A DNA stretch of 64,000 nucleotides from a bacterium (GCA_021789915.1 JAJYIV010000002.1:613-64612); one strand, 5' to 3'. Counted from the stretch's first letter, positions 37,355-47,568 are shown. Made by a program: numbers and translations. Notes: a model not told the origin generated them from the letters alone.

Positions 37355-37741
37355 AGCCTGTTCTCCCTTCCGCCCGTGCCATGTGCACGGGCTTTTTTAG
37401 AGCCTGTCCAGCATCTTTCTTCCAGGGACATTCGGATGACGTTTTGTGCGAAACATGTGATGGCTGACGAAGCGTAGCCAACGCTACGGTGAGGAGGCCA
37501 GCGCATGTTGCAGCCAAAACGGCGCCAAATGGAGCCGGGAGAGGAGATGTTGAACAGGCTCTTACGGACGCGCAAGACCGAAGGCTTGCCCTATGCGCGC
37601 CGATGCGCCGGCCCGCGAAGCTGCCATGGGCCGTACGGGATCGACCCGCCGCCCTTCTCTTCTCTTCCGCCGCCTCTTCCGGACCGGCGGTTTTCAGATA
37701 ACGAAAGGCACCCTCTCGCACGAGAGGGTGCCTTTGACAGG

Positions 37742-38857
37742 CTAGGATCGTGGCGCGGCCGCGGCTTTCACGGCGGCGTCGCGCGTCGAGCGCGCGGAGG
37801 CGAGGGCGGCTTGCTCATCGCCGTATGCCTTGGCCAAGGCCTGGCGATACGACGCCTGCGCCGACCTCACGGCGGCGAGATAGGCCTGGAGGGCGGCCTT
37901 CCGGGAAGCGGCGTCCTTCGCGGATGCGCGCGCGGCGGCCAGGGCCGTGCGGGCGGATGCGAAGGCCTGCTGTCGGGCCGAAAGAGCGGAGGCGTCGGCG
38001 CTGCGACGAGCGCTCACGGCCGCGGCGACCGCCTTTTCGAAGGCGCCGTGCGCCGCCTGAAGCGCGGCTTTGCGAGCTTGGACGGCGGCGGCAGCGGCCG
38101 TCTTTGCGGAAGCCACGGCCGCCTGCAGCGCCTGCTTCGCGGAAGCGACGGCGGCGTCATAGGCGTCCTGCGCGGCCTTCAGCGCGGCGCCGCGGGCCGT
38201 ACGGGCGGAGGCGAGCGCGGCCTGCTCGTCGCTTTGGGCTTTGGCGACGGCCTGTTGGAAAGCCGTCTGCGCCGCCTTCACCGCGGCGAGATAGGCCTGG
38301 CGCGCCGTCGTTTGAGCGGACGCGTCCGTTCCGGCGCAGGCGCTCTGCCAGGCGGCGAGCGCGGCGTCCACGGCATCTCGGCGGGCCTTCAAAGCCGCAT
38401 CCACGGCATCTCGGCGGGCGCTGACCGCGGCGTCCTGCGCCGCGCGGAACGCGTCGACGGCCGTCTTCACGGCTGCCTCGCGCGTCTGCGCCGCCGACTG
38501 GACGGCCGCCTGAAAGGCGGACACGGCCTCTCCGACGGAGGCCGGCGCCTTCGACGTCTCCCGTTTCTGCCACGCCGCCGTCAGGCGTTGCGCCAGCTTC
38601 GCGGGCGCATCCGCCGAACGCGCGTCCGCGGCTTCACGCGCCGACGCGATCCTCGCGTCGATGTCCGCGCGCCGCGACGCGAGCTTGGCGTCGGCGTCCG
38701 CGCGGGCGGCGTCAAGCGCATGTTCGCGATTCATCAGAGCCGACGGACAGGCGGCCGGAACCCTGGATGGCGCGCGCCCGGGCGGGGCCGCAAAGGCGGG
38801 AACGGCGAGCGACAGCACGGACGAAACCGTCACGATGGAAGCAAGGAGCTTCTTCAT
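37742..38857 (-). CDS. Secreted Ala-rich tandem-repeat protein
   Basis: Signal peptide MKKLLASIVTVSSVLSLAVPAFA. Then about 330 aa of A/Q/K/R-rich degenerate repeats (AAVxSAxxA...). Confidence 0.55.
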   Translation of the reverse strand: MKKLLASIVTVSSVLSLAVPAFAAPPGRAPSRVPAACPSALMNREHALDAARADADAKLASRRADIDARIASAREAADARSADAPAKLAQRLTAAWQKRETSKAPASVGEAVSAFQAAVQSAAQTREAAVKTAVDAFRAAQDAAVSARRDAVDAALKARRDAVDAALAAWQSACAGTDASAQTTARQAYLAAVKAAQTAFQQAVAKAQSDEQAALASARTARGAALKAAQDAYDAAVASAKQALQAAVASAKTAAAAAVQARKAALQAAHGAFEKAVAAAVSARRSADASALSARQQAFASARTALAAARASAKDAASRKAALQAYLAAVRSAQASYRQALAKAYGDEQAALASARSTRDAAVKAAAAPRS

Positions 38858-38932
38858 AGAAAGATGGAAACGGCCCGAAACGGGCGTATGCCATATGATA
38901 CCCGTCCCGCCGCCAAAACGTTACTGAGACCT

Positions 38933-39523
38933 CTACCGTCGGTTCCGATCTTTCGGAACGGAGGAACTTTTCAACAGCGTGGCGTCGGGCCGAGGCCCGC
39001 GATCCGGCTTCTCAAGACGGCGCCGGATGCGCACTTCGAGATCGGCCGTCGCCGGGTCGTCCCGGTCAAGCTTCGCGGAAACCGTGCGCAATCGCGTCTT
39101 GAGGGATTTGATCTCGGCTTCCGTCATGCGCGTCGATTTATGTTCGATCCGTTCCACGACGGCCTCCGATTCGCGCTTCCGTATCGTCTTCAAATAGAAT
39201 TCCGCCTTGGCATTCGGCGTGCGCTGCAGACGCTCCTCGACGGTTTCGATCTGGCGTTTGACCGGATACAGGATGGAATCGGGCCCGACCGTCGGACTGG
39301 CATAGGCGTATGCGCCCGTGGCAAAGCTCGCGCAGACGGCCAGCGAGGAAAACGAGGATATGGCCAGGCGGAAGCCGCGCGTGCGGTACCAGACGGACGA
39401 CGGCACGCGCCGCGCCTGCAGGGTCGCCGAAAGACGCCCCCACAGACGGCGGCGGAACGGGCGGGACGGGACGGCGCGGCGGCGGGCGAGCCGGAGGCGC
39501 GCGCGGAACAGCCAGGAGTTCAT
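38933..39523 (-). CDS. Putative anti-sigma factor (membrane-anchored) coupled to the ECF sigma gene
   Basis: ATGA overlap with the sigma gene stop. Single TM (LAISSFSSLAVCASFATGAY). Start probably downstream of the Arg-rich N-terminus. Confidence 0.45.
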   Translation of the reverse strand: MNSWLFRARLRLARRRAVPSRPFRRRLWGRLSATLQARRVPSSVWYRTRGFRLAISSFSSLAVCASFATGAYAYASPTVGPDSILYPVKRQIETVEERLQRTPNAKAEFYLKTIRKRESEAVVERIEHKSTRMTEAEIKSLKTRLRTVSAKLDRDDPATADLEVRIRRRLEKPDRGPRPDATLLKSSSVPKDRNRR

Positions 39524-40059
39524 ACGGAAGACCGAAGGCGCTTCAAGGCGCGGTGGACGGCGACTTTGACGGCCGTCTCCGTCATGCCGACGGCGGCGGC
39601 GACGTCCTTGTATCCATACCCGTCCAGATAGTGCATCGTTACAAGTTCGCGGTCTTTCGCGGGCAGGAGGCCCAGCAGCCAGGCGAGTTCGCGGACGGCC
39701 ACGTCGCGGGACTGGTGCAGCAGGCTGCGGGCCAGCAAAAGCCGGTCGGCCTCCAGGATCGCCTCTTCCCCGTCCGTCTTTTCCTCAACCAGGGACAAGG
39801 TCTCCTTGCGCGCGCGCCAAAAATTGATGAGATGGTTGCGCGCGATCGTCATGATCCAGGCGCTGCGGCTGATGGACGGATCATAGGCGTCGAAATGATC
39901 CAGGGCCTTCAAGAAAACGTCGGAGGTCAAATCCTCGGCTATGGCCCGGTCCTGCCCGCAGCGGAAAAACAGGAACCGATACACGCGGTCCATGTGGCGG
40001 CGATAAAACGCTTCGAACTCGCGGGCGTCGCGCATGCCGACGCATGGTCGAGGAAACAT
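39520..40059 (-). CDS. ECF (sigma-70 family) RNA polymerase sigma factor
   Basis: Region 2 (FEAFYRRHMDRVYRFLFFRCG...DLTSDVFLKA) and region 4 (MHYLDGYGYKDVAAAVGMTETAVKVAVHRALKRL). Confidence 0.8.
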   Translation of the reverse strand: MFPRPCVGMRDAREFEAFYRRHMDRVYRFLFFRCGQDRAIAEDLTSDVFLKALDHFDAYDPSISRSAWIMTIARNHLINFWRARKETLSLVEEKTDGEEAILEADRLLLARSLLHQSRDVAVRELAWLLGLLPAKDRELVTMHYLDGYGYKDVAAAVGMTETAVKVAVHRALKRLRSSV

Positions 40060-40114
40060 CCGGATCCGTCAAGGACGGACCAAAACCCCGCCGTCTCCGG
40101 CGGGGTCGGCGGCC

Positions 40115-40348
40115 TCAAGCCTTGGCCATCTTTGCCAGGTCGTATGTCTTTCCCTCCGCGTCCCACTTTTTGAGCGTGCGCAATCCGCGGGACGTAATGA
40201 ACACGCGGACCATCCGGCCGGTGGCCGGATTGCGCAATCTCCGCTGCTGCAAATTCGGATACAAGCGGCGCTTTGTGTGGCGGTTGCTATGGCTCACGTT
40301 GAAGCCCGTGGTGACTTTCTTGCCGGTGACGACGCAGGATTTGGTCAT
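40115..40348 (-). CDS. rpmB: 50S ribosomal protein L28
   Basis: MTKSCVVTGKKVTTGFNVSHSNRHTKRRLYPNLQ matches L28. ATG at 40346-40348. The upstream 1.6 kb of the track ORF is artefact. Confidence 0.85.
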   Translation of the reverse strand: MTKSCVVTGKKVTTGFNVSHSNRHTKRRLYPNLQQRRLRNPATGRMVRVFITSRGLRTLKKWDAEGKTYDLAKMAKA

Positions 40349-40470
40349 AAACGTGGAACGTAGAGCGTAGAACGGCGGGACGGGGAACGGGGATGTTCGC
40401 GAATGAGATGGCGGAAGGATAACAAGAAGGAAAAAACTTGGCAAGGGGAGCAGAGATGTGAGACAGGCTC

Positions 40471-41613
40471 TCAGGAGACGAGGGGACGCGCGATCGCGGC
40501 GGCGAGCGCTTCCATCCCCTGCCCCGTCGCCGCGGACACCGGCGCCACGGCCGCGAAGGCCCCCGCGTCGAACGCCGGGCCAAGGCGTCGCCGCCAATCG
40601 GCGCCGGCGGCGTCGATCTTGTTCACCGCGAGCACGCGCGGCGTTTCCGCGGCGCCCAAGCGCTTCAGGATCTCGTCCACCACGCGCAGATGGTCCGCCG
40701 CATGCGCGTCGGCGGCATCCACGACCTGCACGAGCACGTCGGCGTCCGCCGCCTCCGAGAGCGTCGATGCGAACGCGTTCAAGAGCTCGGGCGGCAGATT
40801 TTGGATGAAGCCGATCGTGTCGGAGACGAGCACCTGGCGCGGCGGCTCGTTCTCTTTCCTTGCGACGTACAGCGAGCCAACGCGCGTGTCGAGCGTGGCG
40901 AAGAGCTCGTCGGCCGCATACTCGCGCCGGCGCGTGAGCCGGTTCAGCAGCGACGTCTTGCCGGCGTTCGTGTAGCCGACGAGCGCCGCCGTGGGCAGGC
41001 CCTGCCGCCGACGCCGTTCCTGGCGCGCGCGACGCATCGTCTGATACCGCGCGAGCTTCTCCCCGACCGCTTCGGCGCGCTCGCGCAGGTGCCGGCGCAT
41101 GATCTCCGTGTTCGTCTCGCCCTTGCCGCGCGTACCGGTGCCGCCGCCCTGGCGCGACAATTCCAGGCCCATGCCGTAGATGCGCGGGCCCATGTGCCGG
41201 ATGCCGGCCAACTCGATCTCCAGCCGCGCCTCCGTCGTGCGCGCGTGCTTGGCGAAGATCTTCAAGATGAGATCGAGGCGGTCCCACACCTGGAGGCCGG
41301 CCGGGCGCAGCGCTTCCGAGAGAAGATAGACTTGCCGCGGCTTGAGCCGGTCGTTGATGACCACGAGCGCCGCCCCGAGCCGCTTCCCTTCCTCGGCCAG
41401 CTGCTCGATCTTTCCCGTACCGAGGAATGTCGCCGGATGCGGCGCCGCGCGGCGCTGATGCGTCTTCACGACGACGATGCCGCCGTACGTGCGCACGAGT
41501 TCTTCCAATTCCTGCAGCCGATCCAAACTCTCCGCCTTCGTGAGCCGCGGCGGGATCAGATCGACGAGAATGGTTTTGAGGAGACGGTCGGCCATGCGGA
41601 GACAGCGTTTCAA
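40471..41613 (-). CDS. hflX: GTPase HflX
   Basis: HflX N-domain, G1 GYTNAGKTSLLNRLT, G3 DTIGFI, G4 NKID. Confidence 0.85.
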   Translation of the reverse strand: MKRCLRMADRLLKTILVDLIPPRLTKAESLDRLQELEELVRTYGGIVVVKTHQRRAAPHPATFLGTGKIEQLAEEGKRLGAALVVINDRLKPRQVYLLSEALRPAGLQVWDRLDLILKIFAKHARTTEARLEIELAGIRHMGPRIYGMGLELSRQGGGTGTRGKGETNTEIMRRHLRERAEAVGEKLARYQTMRRARQERRRRQGLPTAALVGYTNAGKTSLLNRLTRRREYAADELFATLDTRVGSLYVARKENEPPRQVLVSDTIGFIQNLPPELLNAFASTLSEAADADVLVQVVDAADAHAADHLRVVDEILKRLGAAETPRVLAVNKIDAAGADWRRRLGPAFDAGAFAAVAPVSAATGQGMEALAAAIARPLVS

Positions 41614-41624
41614 AAAGATTGACG

Positions 41625-41668
41625 GGCGTCAAACGAAAAAAGCCCGGCGGTTCGCTCAACCGCCGGGG
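41625..41668 (-). terminator. Hairpin plus T-run (minus strand) upstream of hflX
   Basis: cccggcgg ttcgctcaa ccgccggg, with an A-run on the plus strand at 41631-41642. Confidence 0.4.
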
Positions 41669-42074
41669 CGTGGACGTCGTCGCGGCGGTTTGCGTCATCT
41701 GCCGAACGCTCGACGCCGTTCCCGTGCCTGCGCGTTCAAAAGCGCCGTCAGCTCTTCGGCCATCGTACGATCGTCCTCGGCCACGACGGGGACTGACGCC
41801 GACGGCAGGTCCGGATGCCCCAAGTAATCGAGGAAGTGGGTTACGCCTCCGTCTCGCCGACGGACGACGGTTTCCCGCGGGACGAAAAACGTCTGCTTCG
41901 TCTTGCCCGTGCTTCGCCTCCTTTCTAGACGCGGATACGTGCCTGCACAAAGGTACCCGACGCAGCATGTTCCGACAAACTCGCGTCCGCGCCCATCAAA
42001 AATCCCCGCGCGAGCAGTGCCAAACAAAAAACGCTCCGTCCTTGTCCGGTGAGAGACGAGAACGGAGCCGTCGT

Positions 42075-42731
42075 TTAATCAGCCATGAAGACGCGGACTG
42101 TCTCGGCCAGAGACCGGCAGTCGTCCATGTCGGCGAGCCCGTACAACCGATGCCCAGTCCGCAAAACAATCAGGCAGTGGGCGTACACGTTCCCGCGCGG
42201 GCCTTGGAAACCGGGAGCGAAGTAATCACAGCTCCGATCGACCGGTTCGAGTCCCCTCGGGAACATCTCGCTCTCGAACAGCGCCCGCAGGACGTTGGAA
42301 GGCAGGCAGCGCGGCGAGCGCAGCGCCTTCACGAAGACGTCCAAGTCGAACCGACGGAGTCCCTTCGCATCGTCGAAGGGGTTGCGGGGCCAATACGCCT
42401 TGCCGTCGATGCTCACGCCAGTTTTGCCTGGCCCGATGGATTGAACGGCGACCCAGTGCGGCTCTTTCACTGGCTCATCCGGCGGATGCGGCGAACCGAC
42501 GACGGTTTCGTCGAACCACTGCGGACAATTCAGATCGACTTCCACCGTCTCCGCATCCGCGAGCCGCCACCTGGGAAAGAACTCGCGCTGAAGCGCGGCG
42601 AGCGCGCGTTCCACGCCATTCCTCCGGCGGATCTCACGGCCAAGCGCGGCCGTGAAACGGAAGTCGTGCACGAGCTGCACAACCGTTTCGAGCCCTTCGC
42701 CGAAGGGCCTGTCGAGCAGGCGTGCCGTCAT
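42075..42731 (-). CDS. Hypothetical protein (about 218 aa)
   Basis: Natural composition from MTARLLDRPFGEG onward. No motif recognised. Confidence 0.4.
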   Translation of the reverse strand: MTARLLDRPFGEGLETVVQLVHDFRFTAALGREIRRRNGVERALAALQREFFPRWRLADAETVEVDLNCPQWFDETVVGSPHPPDEPVKEPHWVAVQSIGPGKTGVSIDGKAYWPRNPFDDAKGLRRFDLDVFVKALRSPRCLPSNVLRALFESEMFPRGLEPVDRSCDYFAPGFQGPRGNVYAHCLIVLRTGHRLYGLADMDDCRSLAETVRVFMAD

Positions 42732-42871
42732 GGCGTACCTCTCTTCCTTTGCGCATGCCGTCGGCGTACCACGGACGAGACGCATTCCCGTCGAGGTGGC
42801 GTACCCGTTTGTTGAATACGGCACCAACGTCGTATCACGACCGTGAACCTGCGTCAAGAATCGCGTCCATC

Positions 42872-42899
42872 AAAAATCCCCGCATGCGCGGGGATTTTT
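42872..42899. terminator. Perfect palindromic terminator downstream of HU
   Basis: aaaaatccccgcatgcgcggggattttt. Confidence 0.6.
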
Positions 42900-42909
42900 C
42901 TGTCGACGT

Positions 42910-43191
42910 TTACAGCAGCGCGTCCTTGGCGGCCTTCGCGACGCGGAACTTCACCACCGTCTTGGCCGGGATCTGGATCGTGGCGCCCGTGGCCGGGTTG
43001 CGGCCCTGGCGCGCGGCGCGATGGACCTTCACCAGCTTGCCAATGCCAGGCAGGGCGAACTCGCCGGAAGACTTCACTTCCTTGTACGCCAGGTTGACGA
43101 GCTTCTCCATGAACATCGCCACGTCTTTTTTCGACATGCCGGACGCGTCCGCGAGAGCGCTCATCACCTGACTCTTCGTCATCTTGGCCAT
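42910..43191 (-). CDS. hup: DNA-binding protein HU
   Basis: MAKMTKSQVMSALADASGMSKKDV...RNPATGATIQIPAKTVVKFRVAKAAKDAL is canonical HU. 93 aa. Confidence 0.9.
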   Translation of the reverse strand: MAKMTKSQVMSALADASGMSKKDVAMFMEKLVNLAYKEVKSSGEFALPGIGKLVKVHRAARQGRNPATGATIQIPAKTVVKFRVAKAAKDALL

Positions 43192-43262
43192 AAAGGCTGT
43201 GGATAAGATTAATTTTACGCAAATAGTATAGCAAGGCCTCTGAAAACGGGCCAGAAACGCCG

Positions 43263-43844
43263 TCAAGAGGATCTCGAGGGAACGGCCTTCCGATGCCCGA
43301 AGACGTATTCCATGCCCTTGCGCAGGATCGGGATCATGTCCGAATAACTGGAGGCCTGCAGAACCCGCTTGGCATTGACCCATCGCGCTTCGTACGCATG
43401 CTGGGTCGGATCCGGATGCAAGGCCGCCTGTTCCGGAGCCTCGAACAGATAATAATGAATGTCCTTGTGGACAAGGGCGCCGTGCTTCTCGAAGCGATCC
43501 CTGAACCAGATGTCAATCTTGCCCAGGTATTCCAGCAGGCGTATCTGCTCGAGGCCGAGCTCTTCCAAGGTCTCGCGCGCCGCGGCCTCCTCCAGCGTCT
43601 CCCCGTTTTCCACGCGGCCCTTCGGGAAGGCCCACTTGCCGTAGGAGTCGAGCATCACGGCGAAAAACACGCCGCGGGAAGTGCGCTTGAAGACGACGCC
43701 GCCTGCCGACACTTCCTGCACCGCCCGCTCGCCCGCCTGCCGGCCGCCGGACGGGCGGCCGGACAAGGAACGATCAACGCTTCCCGGCAAGGGCGGCCTG
43801 GATGATCGCAACGGCTTTTTCCTTTTGTACATCCCGCTTGTCAT
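43263..43844 (-). CDS. NUDIX hydrolase
   Basis: Nudix box GRVENGETLEEAAARETLEELGL. N-terminus of the track ORF overlaps the ctpA stop, so the true start is probably downstream. Confidence 0.7.
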   Translation of the reverse strand: MTSGMYKRKKPLRSSRPPLPGSVDRSLSGRPSGGRQAGERAVQEVSAGGVVFKRTSRGVFFAVMLDSYGKWAFPKGRVENGETLEEAAARETLEELGLEQIRLLEYLGKIDIWFRDRFEKHGALVHKDIHYYLFEAPEQAALHPDPTQHAYEARWVNAKRVLQASSYSDMIPILRKGMEYVFGHRKAVPSRSS

Positions 43845-45042
43845 GAATGTCCTTGTCCGTGAGGGCGACGACGACGTCCGGCGTGATGCCCGTGCCGTTG
43901 ATGCTGCGGTCTTTCGGCGTGTGCCACGCGGCGATGGTGACTTTCACCGCCGAGCCGTCGGAAAGGTCGATGAGATCCTGCACGGAGCCCTTGCCGAAGG
44001 TCTGCGTGCCCACCAGGGTCGCGAAGCCGTCATCCTGCAGGGCGCCGGCGACGATTTCGGACGCGGATGCGGATCCGCCGTCCACCAGGACGACGGTCGG
44101 CAACCCTGCCAGGCGCGCCGGCCCGTGGCCGTCGTATGTCTGGTCGTCGTTCGGCCCCTTCTCGCGCACGACGGTCCGGTCGCCCACCCAAGCGGACGCC
44201 ACGTCGATGGCGTCCGTGAGCAAGCCACCCGGATTGCCGCGCACGTCGAGGATGACGCCCTTCGCTCCCTGGGCCAGGGCGTCGGTCACCGCTTTGGAAA
44301 ACAGCGATGGCGTATCCGGCCCGAAGATGGAAATGGTGATGGTGGCGATCCCGTGATCCACGTTCGACGTCACGCTGTCCACCGTGATCGTGGCGCGGGT
44401 GATCGCGACGTCCTTCGGCGCCTCCTTGCCATGGCGCACCGTCAGGGTCACCTGCGTCCCGGCCTGGCCGCGGATCTTGCTCACCGCCTCGTCGACGGAC
44501 ATGCCCTGCGTGGACGCCTTGTCGATGGCCAGGATGGCGTCCCCGGCCGCCAGGCCGGCGCGCATCGCCGGCGTGTCCGGCAGCGGGGCGATGATCTGCA
44601 GCTGGCCGTTCTTGACGCCGATCTCGGCGCCGATGCCGTCGAAGGCGCCGTCCAGATCGTCCGTGAACTGCTTCGCTTCGTCCGGCGTCATGAACAGCGT
44701 GTAGGGGTCGCCGGCGCCTGCCACCAGCCCCTTGACGGCGCTGTCGTACAGGTTCTTGTCATCGAGCGGTTTGTAGAACCGCTGTTTCAGGATGCCCCAC
44801 ACCTCCCAAAACTGGTTGAAATCGACGTCTTTGCCGAGATGCAGGGAGGCCGGAGCCGATGCGCCCTGATTCGCGACGTCCGACGGGCGGGCGGAGGCGG
44901 GGGGCGCTTCCCCGCGGCCGACGACCATGCCGCTTGCGAATGAAAGCCCGACGGCAAAAAGGACGATCAGGGCGAGGAGCGCGCGCGGGAACGGCGGGCG
45001 CGGGCGTGGAAGGAAGGCGGAGTCGGGCATGGGCCACAGCAT
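43774..45042 (-). CDS. ctpA: Carboxyl-terminal processing protease (S41 family) with PDZ domain
   Basis: Signal/TM N-terminus, PDZ, S41 catalytic region GGSASASEIVAGALQD...K dyad. Confidence 0.85.
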   Translation of the reverse strand: MLWPMPDSAFLPRPRPPFPRALLALIVLFAVGLSFASGMVVGRGEAPPASARPSDVANQGASAPASLHLGKDVDFNQFWEVWGILKQRFYKPLDDKNLYDSAVKGLVAGAGDPYTLFMTPDEAKQFTDDLDGAFDGIGAEIGVKNGQLQIIAPLPDTPAMRAGLAAGDAILAIDKASTQGMSVDEAVSKIRGQAGTQVTLTVRHGKEAPKDVAITRATITVDSVTSNVDHGIATITISIFGPDTPSLFSKAVTDALAQGAKGVILDVRGNPGGLLTDAIDVASAWVGDRTVVREKGPNDDQTYDGHGPARLAGLPTVVLVDGGSASASEIVAGALQDDGFATLVGTQTFGKGSVQDLIDLSDGSAVKVTIAAWHTPKDRSINGTGITPDVVVALTDKDIHDKRDVQKEKAVAIIQAALAGKR

Positions 45043-45108
45043 ACCGGAACGGACGCGCTTCCGTCAAAAACTTCTCTTCTTCCCGCCGGCGCGTTACACT
45101 GCCTCGGT

Positions 45109-46440
45109 ATGTCCACGGGGATGCGCCGCGGCCTGGCTTGGGCGTTTGTCATCCTGTTCCTCATCAGCGCCCCGGTTGTCGTCCTGTACACGGCCGGGTA
45201 CCGGCTCAACCTCCCGTCCGGCCGCCTCGTGCAGACCGGCATCCTTTCCATCAGCAGCGTCCCGTCCGGCGCGCGGGTGCTGGTGGACGGCGTTTTGTCC
45301 GGCACGACGTCGGCGCTCGTCAAGAATCTGCTGCCGGGATCCCACCGCGTCGAGCTGCGCAAGGACGGCTATCTGCCGTGGAGCAAGACGCTGCCGATCG
45401 AAAGCCAGCGGACGACGTTCGTGCAGAACGCCGTCCTGAACGCGGACAAGCCGGCCGTGCTGCAACGCGCGGCTTCGGCCGGCGCGGGCGCGTTCGCCCG
45501 CGCGACGGGAAACGCCGCGTACGTGCGGCAGGGCAAGGTCTGGAATGAGATCTGGTCCTATCAGCCGCAGGACGGCGGCGACCGTTTGGTCGCGCGGCGG
45601 CCGTCTTCCGACGGCATGCCGGCGCTCGCCTGGTCGCCGGACGGCACCACGCTGGCGATTTCAACGGGTTCCGGCCCGTCGCGTTCCGTCTCGCTGGTCA
45701 ACGTGGACGACGGACGGCGCTTCGACCTTCCCGCCAAATCGGGAACGCCCGCCGGCTGGGATGCGGGCACGGGCGCGGCGTATCTTCTTTCGGCGAAGGA
45801 CGGGATCTCGAGCGCGGACGTGGACGGCGACGTGGTTTCCATCGCGCCGTCGCCCGCCCTGGCGCTCGAAACGTCCGCGGACGGCTCCTATGCCATCGTG
45901 GCGGCGGAAGGCGAGCGCCTTGCCGTCGTCCATCGGCAGGCGAACGGCGTTTCGCTGGTCGGCTATGTCCCGATGGGGAATTACCGGTTCGCGCCGGCGC
46001 CGGACGGCTGGCTTGCGCTGGACGACGCCGACCGCCAATCGCTCATCGTCCTGGACGGAAACGGATCGGGGGCCGCCGTGCTGACGGCGAATGCGTCGCA
46101 ATGGCAGTGGGAGCCGAAGGGACGCCGCCTGCTGTACACCGACGGACATGAGTTGCACCTGTTCGATCCGCTCGGCGGCGGAGACGAGACCTTGACCCGC
46201 GTCTCGGATCCCATCACCGGCATCGCCTGGCGCGTCGGGCTTGACGCCGCCTTGTACGCGCAAGGGGCGCAGCTCGTTTCGATCGAGTTCGACCGGCGCG
46301 ACGGGCGCGAAACGGCGACGCTGGCGCAAGGCAACGGCTTCCAAAGCCTGTGGACGGACCCGTCGGGAAAGACGGCATTCACGTTCGGAAGCTTGGACGG
46401 CGGAAAGACGAGCGGGCTGATCAGCCGGGGGCTGGAGTGA
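45109..46440 (+). CDS. PEGA domain-containing membrane protein with C-terminal beta-propeller-like region
   Basis: N-terminal TM, PEGA motif region SSVPSGARVLVDGVLSGTTSALVKNLLPGSHRVELRKDGYLPW. Confidence 0.65.
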   Translation: MSTGMRRGLAWAFVILFLISAPVVVLYTAGYRLNLPSGRLVQTGILSISSVPSGARVLVDGVLSGTTSALVKNLLPGSHRVELRKDGYLPWSKTLPIESQRTTFVQNAVLNADKPAVLQRAASAGAGAFARATGNAAYVRQGKVWNEIWSYQPQDGGDRLVARRPSSDGMPALAWSPDGTTLAISTGSGPSRSVSLVNVDDGRRFDLPAKSGTPAGWDAGTGAAYLLSAKDGISSADVDGDVVSIAPSPALALETSADGSYAIVAAEGERLAVVHRQANGVSLVGYVPMGNYRFAPAPDGWLALDDADRQSLIVLDGNGSGAAVLTANASQWQWEPKGRRLLYTDGHELHLFDPLGGGDETLTRVSDPITGIAWRVGLDAALYAQGAQLVSIEFDRRDGRETATLAQGNGFQSLWTDPSGKTAFTFGSLDGGKTSGLISRGLE

Positions 46441-46442
46441 TG

Positions 46443-46560
46443 GAGTCAGAAGTCAGAAGTCAGAAGTCAGGGCGGAGGAGTAGCCAGGAGCATGTAGTTC
46501 GTAGTCAGGGCGAGACACGCGGGCTAAAGCCTAACACCTGCCGAATGCCGAATGCCGCCG
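46443..46560. repeat. Cluster of short tandem repeats (AGTCAGA x4, TGCCGAA x2, AACCTNN x3) in an intergenic region
   Basis: agtcagaagtcagaagtcagaagtcagg ... gccgaatgccgaatgccg ... aaacctagaacctgaaacctaaagcc. Confidence 0.5.
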
Positions 46561-46659
46561 GCTGAAACCTAGAACCTGAAACCTAAAGCCCAACGCCTCA
46601 CAAAAAATCGCCCCGCCTCCTCGTCGTGAGGAAGCGGGGCTTTGCGTTGGAGCGCCGGT

Positions 46660-47568
46660 CTAGACGAGCGGCGGGAACACGTCGGGCTGCCGCGCGACGG
46701 CGCGCGTGTAGCGGTGCAGAGCCGCGAGCGTGAAGCCGTCGTAGAACGCGCCGCGCTCCTCGAGTTCGTCCGCCTGCGCCTGCGTGAAGTACTGCACACG
46801 CAGGATGGCCTCGTTGGGGTCGGTCATGTCCGGCGGCAGCGTGCGGGACGGATCGACGACGGCCGCCATCAAGTCCACGAGGTGGACCGACTGGCCGGTG
46901 TTGTCGCAGACCTGGCCGAGCGAACCGACGACGCGCACGGCCGTCCCCATCTCCTCCTGCGCCTCGCGGACGGCCGCGTCCGTACCGGCCTCGCCCGCCT
47001 TGGCGTAGCCGCGCGGGATTTCCCAGACCTCGCGGCCGAGCACGTCGCCGACGAACAGGCCGTCGAACGCCCGTCGAAACGCGCCGGCGGCGTACGCTCC
47101 GTTCTGCGAATCCGCAGCGAACGCCTTGGCGAAGGAGGAAAACCCTCCGGCCATCGCGAAATCGGCCAGCTCGCGCTTGAAACGCGCCCAAGCCGCGCGC
47201 ACGTCTTCCTCGCGCTCGGGCTTGATCTGGTAGCGCACGCGCTTCTGCAGGCCGAGCAGGCCGCCCGCTCGCACGTCGGCCTGGTCGATGAGTTTGACGA
47301 CGAGGGTCGCGCCGCCGCCGGCCTCGAGCCGCATGAGGTGCCTGTACTTGTGGCGCTCCACGCCGTCGGCACCGACGTCCACGAAGTCCAAACCGAGATA
47401 CCCCACCGGCACGGCGGGCTTCAGCAGGAGCAGAGCGGAGTCCACCCCCTCAGGACACAGCACCCACTCAGGCTTGTCGAAGAACGCATTGCCGCGAACT
47501 GCCTTGATTGCTTCCGTCATCGTTCCTCCCGTTCCATCCGGACCCCATGTCAGGACTCGGCCTGCCAC
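46660..47568 (-). CDS. NUDIX-domain protein (302 aa, two-domain)
   Basis: Nudix box REAQEEMGTAVRVVGSLG in the C-terminal half. Confidence 0.6.
   Translation of the reverse strand: MAGRVLTWGPDGTGGTMTEAIKAVRGNAFFDKPEWVLCPEGVDSALLLLKPAVPVGYLGLDFVDVGADGVERHKYRHLMRLEAGGGATLVVKLIDQADVRAGGLLGLQKRVRYQIKPEREEDVRAAWARFKRELADFAMAGGFSSFAKAFAADSQNGAYAAGAFRRAFDGLFVGDVLGREVWEIPRGYAKAGEAGTDAAVREAQEEMGTAVRVVGSLGQVCDNTGQSVHLVDLMAAVVDPSRTLPPDMTDPNEAILRVQYFTQAQADELEERGAFYDGFTLAALHRYTRAVARQPDVFPPLV

Noticed and set aside
41695-42027. 110-aa minus ORF upstream of hflX as a toxin-antitoxin component
   Set aside because: Only the last about 25 residues look non-artefactual. No convincing start or partner gene. A terminator at 41625-41668 suggests some small transcript, but the evidence is too weak to call a CDS.
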